From Bacillota bacterium (GTDB lineage Bacteria > Bacillota > Sulfobacillia > Sulfobacillales > JAIMBI01), in the NCBI GenBank assembly GCA_021795575.1, contig JAJYPH010000002.1, forward strand, positions 1 through 62,508: 62,508 nucleotides of DNA, written 5' to 3'. A program made the translations under genes and the position numbers. Positions 35,229 through 44,548 of the stretch are shown here, piece by piece. Every line of letters begins with the position of its first letter. Positions within the stretch are counted from its first letter, which is position 1. The notes under the pieces are model-generated. The model made no database searches and had not been told where the DNA came from. It worked only from the letters and a program-made list of their open reading frames with translations.

Positions 35229-36755
35229 ATGCGGCGACGGGTGATGGCAGCGGTCACCGGGGTGGTGGGGGCGCTGGCGGTGGGCCGGCTGATGGCGGCC
35301 AGCCCGCCCATGCCGCCCACCCGCACGCTGCTCACCCCGATCCTCACCACCCTGGTGCAGCAGGAAGACACCGCCACCCTGACCGGGAACCGCACCGCCC
35401 TGACAGCCGTGTTCGGCCCCGGTGGCAGCCGGGCCCCGGCGCTCAAAAAGGCGGAGCACCGGATGGCGTACATTCGCGACTGGGCGGCGGCGCGGGCGGT
35501 GCGTTTTGAACAGGTGGTGGTGTCCGTGCGCATCACGCGCGTCGGTGGGCACGGGCCCGGCGTGGTGCACGTGGACGCAGCCGACCGTGCCCGCTATGTG
35601 TACCGGCAGCGCGGCGCGCCGGCCACCTTCTGGTTTGGGCTGGGCGTCTACCACCGCTACACGCTGCGCCAGGTGGACGGGCGGTGGTTCATCGCGGACG
35701 ACGACTTCATCGACCCGTTGAACCAGGACACCCGCCTGCCGGGAGCCGCGCACCCGGCTAGCCTTCGGGTGCCCTCGGCCGGCCTGTGGCGGACACGCGG
35801 GCCGGGGGCCGACCGCGCGCTCGCGTATGCAGCCACGTACTGCGGAGCCGCACCGGGCTGCGGCAACGATGGACGCTACAACCCACGCTTTGGCGACTAC
35901 AATTGGCACGGCGGCGACTGCACCAACTTCATCTCCCAGGTTCTATGGGCCGGGGGATTCTCGGAATCAGCGGCCTGGCACTGGAAGGCCGGCCCGCATG
36001 ATGGCACCGCCGACTGGGTCAACGCCCAGGCGCTGGTGCATTATCTGGAAGTCACGGAGCGAGCCACCCTGCTGGCCCAGGGAACGCTTTCGGACCTGGT
36101 GGCGCCCCACGCGGGACAGCCCGCCCCCATGTCACGACTCCGGCCGGGAGACCTGATCGGCTACGTGGAGCACGGGCGAGTGGCCCACCTGGCGGTGGTG
36201 GCCGGAGACAACGGGGCGGGGTACCCCGTGGTGCTGAGCCATTCCGCGGACCGGTACCGCGAACCGTGGGATCTGGGCTGGGATCACACCACCCGCTACC
36301 TCCTGCTGCAAATCCACTATCCAGCACCCGCGGGACTTCCGAAGGGGTCAGCTACTCGGGCCGCGGGTAGCCCCACGCTGCGCCCAGCACCAGCACCCCG
36401 AGCAGGGCCACCAGTTGCCGCGACGGCAGAAACCGCACCAGGATGCCCAACACCCCCAGCGCAAGGAGCGGCGGCAGCGGCCACGCTGGCATCCGAAACG
36501 GGATGCCCCGGCGCCCGAGGCGGGAGACCAGCGCTGCGATGGCCACCGCCACGTACACCAGCATCACCAGCGCCCCCAGCAGCGCCACCAGGTCCCGCAG
36601 GCGGGCCACCAGCAGCAGCCCACCATTGCCCACGCCCAGCAGGAGATACGGCGCCACCCGTCCACCGGCGGCCAGCCAATCGTTCAGCGGTGCCGGCCAC
36701 AGGTGGTCGCGCGCCAACGCGCGGTAGATGCGTCCGTAGCCCATCGTGGTTGTGA
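35229..36755 (+). CDS. Putative amidase-domain (Amidase_6-like) protein with signal/anchor and long Pro/Ala-rich tail
   Basis: N-terminal hydrophobic segment. GGDCTNFISQVLWAGGF ... GDLIGYVEHGRVAHLAVV is the putative-amidase-domain pattern. There is no in-frame stop until 36755, so the last roughly 135 codons overlap the convergent permease. Confidence 0.6.
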   Translation: MRRRVMAAVTGVVGALAVGRLMAASPPMPPTRTLLTPILTTLVQQEDTATLTGNRTALTAVFGPGGSRAPALKKAEHRMAYIRDWAAARAVRFEQVVVSVRITRVGGHGPGVVHVDAADRARYVYRQRGAPATFWFGLGVYHRYTLRQVDGRWFIADDDFIDPLNQDTRLPGAAHPASLRVPSAGLWRTRGPGADRALAYAATYCGAAPGCGNDGRYNPRFGDYNWHGGDCTNFISQVLWAGGFSESAAWHWKAGPHDGTADWVNAQALVHYLEVTERATLLAQGTLSDLVAPHAGQPAPMSRLRPGDLIGYVEHGRVAHLAVVAGDNGAGYPVVLSHSADRYREPWDLGWDHTTRYLLLQIHYPAPAGLPKGSATRAAGSPTLRPAPAPRAGPPVAATAETAPGCPTPPAQGAAAAATLASETGCPGARGGRPALRWPPPRTPASPAPPAAPPGPAGGPPAAAHHCPRPAGDTAPPVHRRPANRSAVPATGGRAPTRGRCVRSPSWL

Positions 36756-37629
36756 GCGCGGCGTCGAACAGCGCCGCCCCGATGCCGACGGGCAGCCACG
36801 CCAGCGCCGTCCGCGTCCAGCCCGCGTGGGTGGGGAGCGCCATGAGGGGGACGGCTCCGTGACTCAGCGGCCCCATGGACGCCAGCGCCAGCGTTCCCAG
36901 CGCGGCCCCCCCAACCTGAATGGCGACCGTCAGGACCGAGACCCCTAGGATCGTGCGCCCCAGCTGGCGCCCGCTGCCCACCACTTCCTCACTGAAGTAC
37001 AGGCAGGCCTGTGGTCCATTCATGGCGTACAGCACGGGACCGACGGCGCCCATCACGCCCAGCCAACCGACGCCGCGGGCCGGGGGGACCACCACCGGCG
37101 CGGTTGGGACCGCACTCCCGGCCACGGCGGCAAACACCACCAGGACCAGCAGTTCGAGGCCTACCAAGCCCAGCACCACGCCGCTCGAGGTGCGCAGATC
37201 CAGAGGCGCGAGCACTAGGACCAGCGCCAACAGCCCGGCCGCGGTGGCCAGCATCGGCAGGCCCGGTACGGCGACGTGGACGTAGGCGGCCGCACCGAGG
37301 CACAGCAGGGCGGGGAGCGCCATGCCTTTAAAAACAAAGGCGGCGCCAACCACCGCGCCCGCGCGCGGCCCCAGCGTCCGGGCAGCCAGTGCGTAGTCGC
37401 CGCCTGCCTCGGGATGGACGCTGCCTACTTCCGCGTAGCACAGCATCATCAGGACGCTCACGGCGCCGCCCAGCGCGTAGGCCAGCACCACGTCCGGGCC
37501 GGCTAGGCGGTAAACCGGCCCAAACGTGAGAAACAGCGACGTGGCGGGGGCGATGAAGGCACACGTGATGGCCAGCAGCCGCCCCCAGCCGATGGGCGGT
37601 GCGGACGCGTTGGTGGGCGGAGCATTCAT
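36352..37629 (-). CDS. APC-family amino acid permease
   Basis: 425 aa, about 12 TM, with an APC-type N-terminal region (LLAITCAFIAPATSLFLTFGPV...). Confidence 0.8.
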   Translation of the reverse strand: MNAPPTNASAPPIGWGRLLAITCAFIAPATSLFLTFGPVYRLAGPDVVLAYALGGAVSVLMMLCYAEVGSVHPEAGGDYALAARTLGPRAGAVVGAAFVFKGMALPALLCLGAAAYVHVAVPGLPMLATAAGLLALVLVLAPLDLRTSSGVVLGLVGLELLVLVVFAAVAGSAVPTAPVVVPPARGVGWLGVMGAVGPVLYAMNGPQACLYFSEEVVGSGRQLGRTILGVSVLTVAIQVGGAALGTLALASMGPLSHGAVPLMALPTHAGWTRTALAWLPVGIGAALFDAALTTTMGYGRIYRALARDHLWPAPLNDWLAAGGRVAPYLLLGVGNGGLLLVARLRDLVALLGALVMLVYVAVAIAALVSRLGRRGIPFRMPAWPLPPLLALGVLGILVRFLPSRQLVALLGVLVLGAAWGYPRPE

Positions 37630-37675
37630 GGGACACCCTATCCCCGCCGGGCCCGACCAAGACCACCGTCACGGC

Positions 37676-38488
37676 TCAGGCCCCGGGCGATCCGGCGGGC
37701 GAGGGGGCGCCCTGCATAATGGGCGGGGCACCGGTCCACCAGTACCACCCGACGGGGACGTACGCCTCTTGGCCCGTGGCGGTTTTCACGGGATAGGTCA
37801 GCGCCAGAATGCGGGCCCGACCCAGCTGGACCAACAGCTTCGCCTGATTCGGCGGGGTGGTCGCATAGAGCGGAACGGCAGCCCCCAGGTTGATGGGCAG
37901 GCGCGAGAGGGCGCCTTGCTGGCTGTCCGCGGGGGAGTAGGGCAACTGGGCCAGCCGGTGCTCCAGCGCCACCTGGGCGCTAGAGGGCAGCAGAACGCCT
38001 GAGTTGGTTGACCCCAGCCCCACCTGGTAGGTGACCGACATCCCGGCGACCACGGTCGAGATGGAGACCGGCTCCCAGACGCCCCCTTGCTGGCGGAACA
38101 GCACCGTGCGCCAGCGACCGGGCACGGCGTTGACCAGGGTTGTCCCGGTTCCGGTTTCGCTCACGCGCACACTCGTGGGCGGAATCGTCTCGTTCAACAT
38201 GCTGCCGACATCCTGCGCCAGCGTGGCCGCCAGCGCCGACGTCCCCGCGTCGGACCGGGACGCGCCGATGTGCATGAGCCCAAGCCCCACAAGCACCACG
38301 GCTCCCAGGGAGGCTGCCCAACGCCAGGTGAGGCGGCGGCCCTGGGGAGCGCGCTGGGTGCGCCGCAGCACCGCGCTGGTAAAGTCCCAGTCGGTCCCGG
38401 CACCGAACCCGGTGGATTGCAGCGCCGCCACCTCGCTGGTGAGCGCCTGCCGAATGACCGAATCCCATGAATCCCATGGCTCAGGCAT
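37676..38488 (-). CDS. Anti-sigma factor-like single-pass membrane protein
   Basis: 8-nt overlap with the upstream ECF sigma gene. Cytoplasmic N-terminus, TM (WAASLGAVVLVGLGLM) and an external domain. Confidence 0.6.
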   Translation of the reverse strand: MPEPWDSWDSVIRQALTSEVAALQSTGFGAGTDWDFTSAVLRRTQRAPQGRRLTWRWAASLGAVVLVGLGLMHIGASRSDAGTSALAATLAQDVGSMLNETIPPTSVRVSETGTGTTLVNAVPGRWRTVLFRQQGGVWEPVSISTVVAGMSVTYQVGLGSTNSGVLLPSSAQVALEHRLAQLPYSPADSQQGALSRLPINLGAAVPLYATTPPNQAKLLVQLGRARILALTYPVKTATGQEAYVPVGWYWWTGAPPIMQGAPSPAGSPGA

Positions 38489-39137
38489 GGGGGTCGCCTC
38501 CCTCGCTCGGTGTTGTGCGGCCCGGTGAGGCCGAGCCCGGAGGGTCCGGCACGAGCCCCGCGGCGAAAAGCAGTGGGCGCAGGCGGTCCCGCGCCCGAAA
38601 CAGGCGTGCTTTCACGGCACCCTCCTTGATGTGCAGCATCTTCGCCACCTCCGCGACACTGGCGTCCCCCAGGTAGTACAGCGACACGACGTCGCGCAGG
38701 CGTGGAGGCAGCTGTTGCACGGCCGCCAGGACGGAGCCCCGTTCGTCCGCGGCCACGACCTGGTCTTCCAGCGACGGGTCGCGGCTGGGCAGCGTCGGCG
38801 ACGGTTCGCGTCCCGTCACATGTCGCCACCAGGCGCTCCGGCGCCGGTCGATCGCGCCGTGAGCGGTGACCGTCAACATCCAGGACCGGGTCAGGTTCGC
38901 GACCGGGACGCCGGCCGTGAGCTGTCCGTAGGCTTTCACAAACACTTCCTGCGCCACGTCCTCCGCCTCGTCGGGATTGCCCAAATAGCCCAGGGCCACA
39001 CTCAGGACCACCGCCCGGTCACGCCGAACCAAGGCGGCGAGGTCGTCGTCGCGGCTCGCTGGCTCCGGGTGTCCTATCCGACCGTCGGGTCCGTCCAATC
39101 CGATGTCCACCACCACTTGTCCTGTCGCGGCCGCCAC
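38481..39137 (-). CDS. ECF-type RNA polymerase sigma factor
   Basis: Region 2 (AEDVAQEVFVKAY) and region 4 (SVAEVAKMLHIKEGAVKARLFRARDRL). The start is uncertain because the SD is too close to the GTG at 39137. Confidence 0.88.
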   Translation of the reverse strand: MAAATGQVVVDIGLDGPDGRIGHPEPASRDDDLAALVRRDRAVVLSVALGYLGNPDEAEDVAQEVFVKAYGQLTAGVPVANLTRSWMLTVTAHGAIDRRRSAWWRHVTGREPSPTLPSRDPSLEDQVVAADERGSVLAAVQQLPPRLRDVVSLYYLGDASVAEVAKMLHIKEGAVKARLFRARDRLRPLLFAAGLVPDPPGSASPGRTTPSEGGDPHA

Positions 39138-39164
39138 GCCTCCCAGGCTCGTAGAATCTTCATG

Positions 39165-39192
39165 ACAACGAGGCCGACCCGCCCATGGTTAC
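39165..39192 (-). promoter_or_regulatory. Candidate ECF-type promoter GTAACC-N16-CGTTGT upstream of the sigma gene
   Basis: The minus strand reads TGTAACCATGGGCGGGTCGGCCTCGTTGTC. This gives AAC-N17-CGT spacing, typical of autoregulated ECF promoters. Confidence 0.3.
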
Positions 39193-39227
39193 AACCTCGT
39201 ACCGCCGGGCCGCCGTGGGCGCGCGTC

Positions 39228-39236
39228 TGCTATACT
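39228..39236 (+). promoter_or_regulatory. Extended -10 promoter element TGCTATACT, 10 nt before the MFS start codon
   Basis: Part of the 16-mer CTGCTATACTCGGGCC, identical to 22236-22251. There is no SD before the ATG at 39246. Confidence 0.5.
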
Positions 39237-39245
39237 CGGGCCGTT

Positions 39246-40550
39246 ATGCCCACACCACCCCTACCACCGGAAAGACCGGACACGTCCGGCGCTTGGGATC
39301 GTGCTCGTTTGTGGCACGACCCCGACGTGGTCAAGTTTCTCGCTGGGCGGGTTGCGGGCGAAGTGGGTTCGCGCATCACGCGCGAGGGGCTCCCCATCGT
39401 GGCCATTCTGGCCACCGGAGCCTCCGCCCAGCAGCTGGGCGTGCTCGGGGCCCTCTCGATGCTGCCCGCGCTGCTCATCGCCCAAGTGGTGGGGCACAGC
39501 GCGGACCGCCAGCGACGGCGGCCCGTCATGGTGGCCAGCGAACTGGTCCGCGCCGCCGTGCTCGCCACGATTCCCCTGGCGGCGCTGCTGCACCGTCTCA
39601 CCTTTCTCCAGATCGCCGTCGTCACCGTGCTGGTGGCGATGCTGCAAATCGCCTATCGGGTGGCCGACCGCGGATACCTGCCCTTTTTGGTGGGGCGCGA
39701 CCGGCTGGAGCCCGGGAACCAGCTCATGGGCGGCGCGGACGCCGTGGGCGAGGCAACGGGACCGGCCCTGATGGGGGTGCTGATCCAGACGGTGGGGGGA
39801 CCGGCCGCGATTGGATTGGACGCCGTCGCGCGCGTGCTTTCGGCGGTGGGGCTCCTCGCTGTGCGGCGGTCGGAGCCGCCGCCCGTGCCGGTGGCGCCCA
39901 CGTCGACGGAGGCTACCGGGCTGGGGGCCGGGCTCGCGGTCGTACGCAGGCACCCGCAGCTCAAGTGGCTGGCCTACAACCGAGTCACCGAAAGCTTCTT
40001 CTCGGGATGCTTCACGGCCCTTTACGAACTGTTTGCCCTCACCACGCTCCATCTCACGCCGCTCGACCTCGGCTTCCTGATCACGGCGGGGGGCGTGGGC
40101 AGTCTGGTCGCTTCCCTGTGGGTCGCGCGCTGGCGACGGCGGCTGGGGCTCGGAGGGGTGCTGGTGACCACCTTCGCGCTGGGGGCGGCGACGCACTTTC
40201 TGGTGCCGTTGGCCCAGGGTCCCGTGCTGGCCACGTTCGGATTTTTGTTCATCGCGCAGTTTGTGGGGGACCTCTTTCTTACGATGTTTGAGATTGAAGC
40301 CGTGGTGCTGGAGCAGACCGTGACGCCGGACCACTGGCTGGGCCGCGTGGAAGGGGCCCTGCAGATGCTGAACGGCGGGGCTGGGGTGGTGGGCGCGGTG
40401 CTGTCAGGTTCCATCGCGGTGGCCATCGGCATGCGGGAGACGTTTTGGATTTTCACGGTGGGCGGGATGCTGGCGGCCGCGTGGCTTTTGCACCCCAGCA
40501 TTCGCCGCATGGGCGAGGCGGTGCTGAACCCCGCATGGTTTCAACGGTGA
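39246..40550 (+). CDS. MFS transporter (MFS_3/EntS-like)
   Basis: ATG at 39246. 12-TM pattern with the SADRQRRRPVMV loop motif. Confidence 0.8.
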   Translation: MPTPPLPPERPDTSGAWDRARLWHDPDVVKFLAGRVAGEVGSRITREGLPIVAILATGASAQQLGVLGALSMLPALLIAQVVGHSADRQRRRPVMVASELVRAAVLATIPLAALLHRLTFLQIAVVTVLVAMLQIAYRVADRGYLPFLVGRDRLEPGNQLMGGADAVGEATGPALMGVLIQTVGGPAAIGLDAVARVLSAVGLLAVRRSEPPPVPVAPTSTEATGLGAGLAVVRRHPQLKWLAYNRVTESFFSGCFTALYELFALTTLHLTPLDLGFLITAGGVGSLVASLWVARWRRRLGLGGVLVTTFALGAATHFLVPLAQGPVLATFGFLFIAQFVGDLFLTMFEIEAVVLEQTVTPDHWLGRVEGALQMLNGGAGVVGAVLSGSIAVAIGMRETFWIFTVGGMLAAAWLLHPSIRRMGEAVLNPAWFQR

Positions 40551-40591
40551 CCGCGGCCACCGACGGCAGGGAGGCGCCACGGCCCGGAATT

Positions 40592-40600
40592 TGCTATCCT
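40592..40600 (+). promoter_or_regulatory. Extended -10-like element TGCTATCCT
   Basis: Lies 73 nt upstream of the MetE-like start and belongs to the same TGCTATnCT family seen at 22237, 39228 and 57611. Confidence 0.35.
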
Positions 40601-40672
40601 CAGGGGGCTCGGCCCCCCAGCCGGGTCGATGCGGGGGACGCGGGATTCAAAGCCAGTAGCGAGGTGAGTCAC

Positions 40673-41800
40673 ATGGGATCGAGGTTGGGGCCGCGGCCGC
40701 TGGCTGTGCATTTAGTGGGCAGCTGGTCGCGGCCGGCGTGGCTCAGCAGCCCGTCGATGGCCGATGCGCTGGCCCCGCCGGACCAATTTTGGCGTCCGCC
40801 GACCGCGTACCGCCATGAGGCGCAGGACGATGCCACGCGGCTGGCCATCCTGCACCAGGTGCGCGCCGGAGTGGACCTGGTGACCGACGGCGAGCAGCGT
40901 CGCCAGATGTTCGACCAGTATTTTTACGCGCGTTTGCGCGGCGTGGATGCCGTCCACCGGGTACCGCACCGGTGGGGCGGGCCGCGCACCAAGCCGCGCG
41001 ACGAATCGTGGCGGCAGATGACCGTGGGCCAGGGCGCGGGCGTGTCCCCCGAGCTCCCGTCGCCCCAGGTGGTGGGTCCGATCGAATGGCCCGGCCCCTT
41101 GGCGGTTTCCGACTTTGACTTCCTGCAGCGGGAGCTCGCCGGCCACCGTTGGGGCAAGATGGCCATCTCCGGCCCCGTCACGGCGATGAACCGGCTCGCC
41201 GATGCCTACTACCACGACGCGGCGGCCTTGGGGCGGGCGCTGGCGCAGGCTTTAAACGCGGAGGCACACGCGCTCGCGGACGCGGGGTGCCGCTTTCTGC
41301 AGCTGGACGAGCCCGAATTTCGCAGTGCCCACCTCGAGTTTCCCGACCTGGCCCGCGACGTGATCAACGAAACGGTGCGCGGCCTTCGCGAGCGCGGCGT
41401 CACGACCTTTGCCCACATGTGCTATGGGTACGCGAACGCGGTGACCGGCAAGCGCGTCAACCCCGAGTTTTACGGAGCCTTGGAACTGCTGGCGGCCACC
41501 GACATCGACGCCATTTCGCTGGAGTACGCGCAGCCGGGCCATCAGCCGGACGTGCTTTCCGCGGTGGGGGACAAGGGGGTCGTGCTGGGGGCCATCAACT
41601 GCGATCCCGCCTCGCCGGTGGAATCGCCCCAAGAGGTGGCGAGCCGCCTGGAGGGCGCGCTCACGGCGGTGCCCCCCGAGCGCCTGCACGCCAGCACGGA
41701 CTGCGGGCTCTGGTTCCTGCCGCGTGCCGTCGCGGCGGCCAAGCTCGCGAGCCTCGTGGACGGCACGCGGCTGGTGCGCCGGTCCCTGCACCTGGACTAA
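40673..41800 (+). CDS. Cobalamin-independent methionine synthase-like (MetE C-terminal/Meth_synt_2 family) protein
   Basis: DLVTDGEQRR, LQLDEP, HMCYG and STDCGL (Zn-ligand contexts). Confidence 0.8.
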   Translation: MGSRLGPRPLAVHLVGSWSRPAWLSSPSMADALAPPDQFWRPPTAYRHEAQDDATRLAILHQVRAGVDLVTDGEQRRQMFDQYFYARLRGVDAVHRVPHRWGGPRTKPRDESWRQMTVGQGAGVSPELPSPQVVGPIEWPGPLAVSDFDFLQRELAGHRWGKMAISGPVTAMNRLADAYYHDAAALGRALAQALNAEAHALADAGCRFLQLDEPEFRSAHLEFPDLARDVINETVRGLRERGVTTFAHMCYGYANAVTGKRVNPEFYGALELLAATDIDAISLEYAQPGHQPDVLSAVGDKGVVLGAINCDPASPVESPQEVASRLEGALTAVPPERLHASTDCGLWFLPRAVAAAKLASLVDGTRLVRRSLHLD

Positions 41801-42513
41801 TGGCGGATCACCCGACCGCCACCGCGCCGACCACCATCCGCCTCGCCTTGGCGGAGCAGGTGGCGCATGAGGCGCGAACCCGCTGGGGGGATGCCTGCCG
41901 GGCGGTCGCGGCGTATGGGTCCGTGGCGCATGCCGCCGCCCGACGCTACTCGGATTTGGAGGTGGTGGTGCTCACCACCGACGACGTGGTGGCGGAGGAG
42001 ACGCAGGTCATCCGGGAAGGGATCCTGGTGGAGGTGGACGTGCTGCCGGCCCGCGCCATGCTCAGCGCGGCCGGCCGGGTCACTCCGTTCTGGGGGCTGG
42101 AAGCCGACCAGTATCGGGTGTTCGCCCCGCTGTACGACCCGTCCGCCCTGTTTCCCCAGGTGCGCGCGGCGTCGCTCGCCGTGCCGCCGGCCGCCTTCGT
42201 CCAGCCGCTCCACCACAACGAGCTGCGGCTCTTGGAGGTGCTGGGCAAGTTCTGCAATGCGGCGGACGAACAGGACGCCGCGACGATGCGCGACGTGGGA
42301 TGGCGGTACGCGCACGCCGCCGCGCTGCGTGCGGCGCTGTTGGACCGCCGTCCCTTCGAGAGCGGCCGCACGCTGTGGGCGAATGCCCGCGGGCGCGGCT
42401 TTGGACTTAACGCCCTCATTAGCGCGCTGGCCGAGGGGCCCGCCGGCAGCCTGCCCGAGGCCGTGCTGGCGGTGACCCGAGCGTTGGGGATCACGTGGCC
42501 CCTCTCCCCCTAG
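41800..42513 (+). CDS. Nucleotidyltransferase, kanamycin nucleotidyltransferase (KNTase)-like
   Basis: AAYGSVAHAAARRYSDLEVVVLT (GS...D.E minimal NTase motif) plus a helical C-terminal domain. The ATG overlaps the upstream TAA (TAATG). Confidence 0.65.
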   Translation: MADHPTATAPTTIRLALAEQVAHEARTRWGDACRAVAAYGSVAHAAARRYSDLEVVVLTTDDVVAEETQVIREGILVEVDVLPARAMLSAAGRVTPFWGLEADQYRVFAPLYDPSALFPQVRAASLAVPPAAFVQPLHHNELRLLEVLGKFCNAADEQDAATMRDVGWRYAHAAALRAALLDRRPFESGRTLWANARGRGFGLNALISALAEGPAGSLPEAVLAVTRALGITWPLSP

Positions 42514-42555
42514 CGCATGTGCCGGGAGGCGAGGGGCCGGCATGCAGAGCCGCCC

Positions 42556-44547
42556 TCAGGGGCCCAAGGCGACGCCCGGCGCCGTGTCCATGCCATCCGC
42601 ATCGGCCGCGTGCCTGAGCTCGAGGTCGGGAATCAGGAACCCGAGCAGCAGCGCGGCGGCGGCTAATAGCGCCGCCACCCCCAGCACGTTCTTGACGGCC
42701 GCCGTGATCGACACCGTGATGGCGCGCACCACTTCATTGGCCGTGCGGTGGCCGGCCGCGAGAATACCGCGGCGGGCCGCGGGAATCGCCGCGGCTTCTG
42801 CCCGCCGAATGATGCCGGGCTCGGAGGTCGTCAGTCCGTGCTGAACCTGAGCGAGCGCGGCAGCGCGTGCAGTGGCGGTGGTGGGAGGATGCGCCACCAG
42901 CGCCTTTAACGGCGTCGGCAGCGTGGAGTGGGCGATGGCTGCCTGGGCGTCAGCACTGCCTGCGACGGCCGCCCGCACCAGCGTAAGCTCCCGGGCCACG
43001 TCGGCATGCACCTGGGCGGGAATGCCTCCGGGAGGCAGCTCGGCCAGCTGCTTGGCGGTGACGCCCGGCGTATGGGCCAGGGTCCGGTACGCGGAGCGGC
43101 TGCCCTCGAGCGCCCGGGTGGCCTCACGCGCTACCGTATGGAACTTCGCCAGGATGGCCGCGCGGGTCTGCGTCTGGTCCGCGAGCGAGTCGGAACTGGC
43201 TGAGAACTGGGATGACGCCACCGCCACGTTTTTGGGCAGATGGGCGGGAATCTGCGTAGAGAGTGTACTGGCCAGCACCACTCCCATGAGGGCCGCCCCG
43301 ATGGCGGACCCCATCTGCCGAAAGAACATGTTGCCGCTGGACGCAACCCCCATCTGGCGCAGGGGCACGACGTTCTGGACGGCCAAAACGTACAGGGAGA
43401 ACCCCGGTCCGATGCCGACCCCCAACAGACCCAGGTACAGCAGCAGGGTGGACAGCGAGAGGGTGGGCGTCAGAATCACATGCAGCACCACAAACAGGGC
43501 CGTTGCCCACGCGCTCCCGACGAGCAGCAGCACCTTGACGCGGCCCAGCCGCTGAGCCAGGAGCCCCCCGGACACACTGCCCACGACCACGCCGCCCACG
43601 AGCGGTGTGAGCGTGAGGCCGGACGCCAGCGGAGAAATGTTCTTGGCCATGACCAGATAAAACGGGACGAACAGCACCGAGCCCAAAAACGCTGCGCCGA
43701 AGCACAGGGACGCAAGCCCGGTCCAGGTAAACGTGGGGATGCGCAGGAGCGACATATCGAACAGTGCCGCCGCCGACCGCCGCTCGATGAGATAAAACGC
43801 CCCCAGACCCACTAGGGCGACACCAAAGAGGCCCACCACCTCCGGCGAGGACCACGCATAGGTCGACCCGCCCCACGACAGTGCAAGGACCAGCGCCACG
43901 CACCACACCACCATGGTGGCGAACCCGGGCACATCAAACCGCTGGCGGCGAGGGCTGGTGAGCCGAGGCATGTGGGCGATGAGCACGTAGAGCGCCAGAA
44001 TCCCAAAGGGCATGTTGACGTAAAACACGTATCGCCACGAGAAGCTGTCCGTCAACAGCCCGCCCAAATACGGCCCCACCACGCTCGCAATGCCAAACAC
44101 GGCGCCAAACAACCCCTGAATCCGCCCCCGCTCGCGCGGGGGAAACATGAGGCCGATGGTGGTCAGCGCCACCGCGAAGATGGCCCCGCCGCCCAAGCCC
44201 TGAATGCCGCGAAATAGAATGAGCTGGTACATGCTGTGCGAGAGCCCGGACAGGGCCGACCCGACCAGAAACACGATGGCGGCCGCAATCAGGACGTACT
44301 TTGGTGACACGATGTCCGCCATGCGGCCGGCCACCGGCAGCGCGATCGTGGAGGCCAGCAGGAAGCTGGTGGCCACCCACGCATAAAGATTCGTGTGCCC
44401 CAGCTGCTCCACGATGCGCGGCAGGGCGGTCGCCACGATGGTTTGGTCCAGGGCCGACAGGAAGATGCACAGAAACACCCCGATGAGCGCCAGCCGGCGT
44501 TCGCCGGGCCCAATGGTAAATCCGGCGGGAGCGGGTGATGGGGTCAT
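42556..44547 (-). CDS. MFS DHA2-family (EmrB/QacA-type, 14-TMS) efflux transporter with long C-terminal extension
   Basis: FLSALDQTIVATALPRI, GRMADIVSPK and RGIQGLGGG motifs. Begins 1 nt after the tetR stop. Confidence 0.88.
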   Translation of the reverse strand: MTPSPAPAGFTIGPGERRLALIGVFLCIFLSALDQTIVATALPRIVEQLGHTNLYAWVATSFLLASTIALPVAGRMADIVSPKYVLIAAAIVFLVGSALSGLSHSMYQLILFRGIQGLGGGAIFAVALTTIGLMFPPRERGRIQGLFGAVFGIASVVGPYLGGLLTDSFSWRYVFYVNMPFGILALYVLIAHMPRLTSPRRQRFDVPGFATMVVWCVALVLALSWGGSTYAWSSPEVVGLFGVALVGLGAFYLIERRSAAALFDMSLLRIPTFTWTGLASLCFGAAFLGSVLFVPFYLVMAKNISPLASGLTLTPLVGGVVVGSVSGGLLAQRLGRVKVLLLVGSAWATALFVVLHVILTPTLSLSTLLLYLGLLGVGIGPGFSLYVLAVQNVVPLRQMGVASSGNMFFRQMGSAIGAALMGVVLASTLSTQIPAHLPKNVAVASSQFSASSDSLADQTQTRAAILAKFHTVAREATRALEGSRSAYRTLAHTPGVTAKQLAELPPGGIPAQVHADVARELTLVRAAVAGSADAQAAIAHSTLPTPLKALVAHPPTTATARAAALAQVQHGLTTSEPGIIRRAEAAAIPAARRGILAAGHRTANEVVRAITVSITAAVKNVLGVAALLAAAALLLGFLIPDLELRHAADADGMDTAPGVALGP

Positions 44548-44548
44548 G

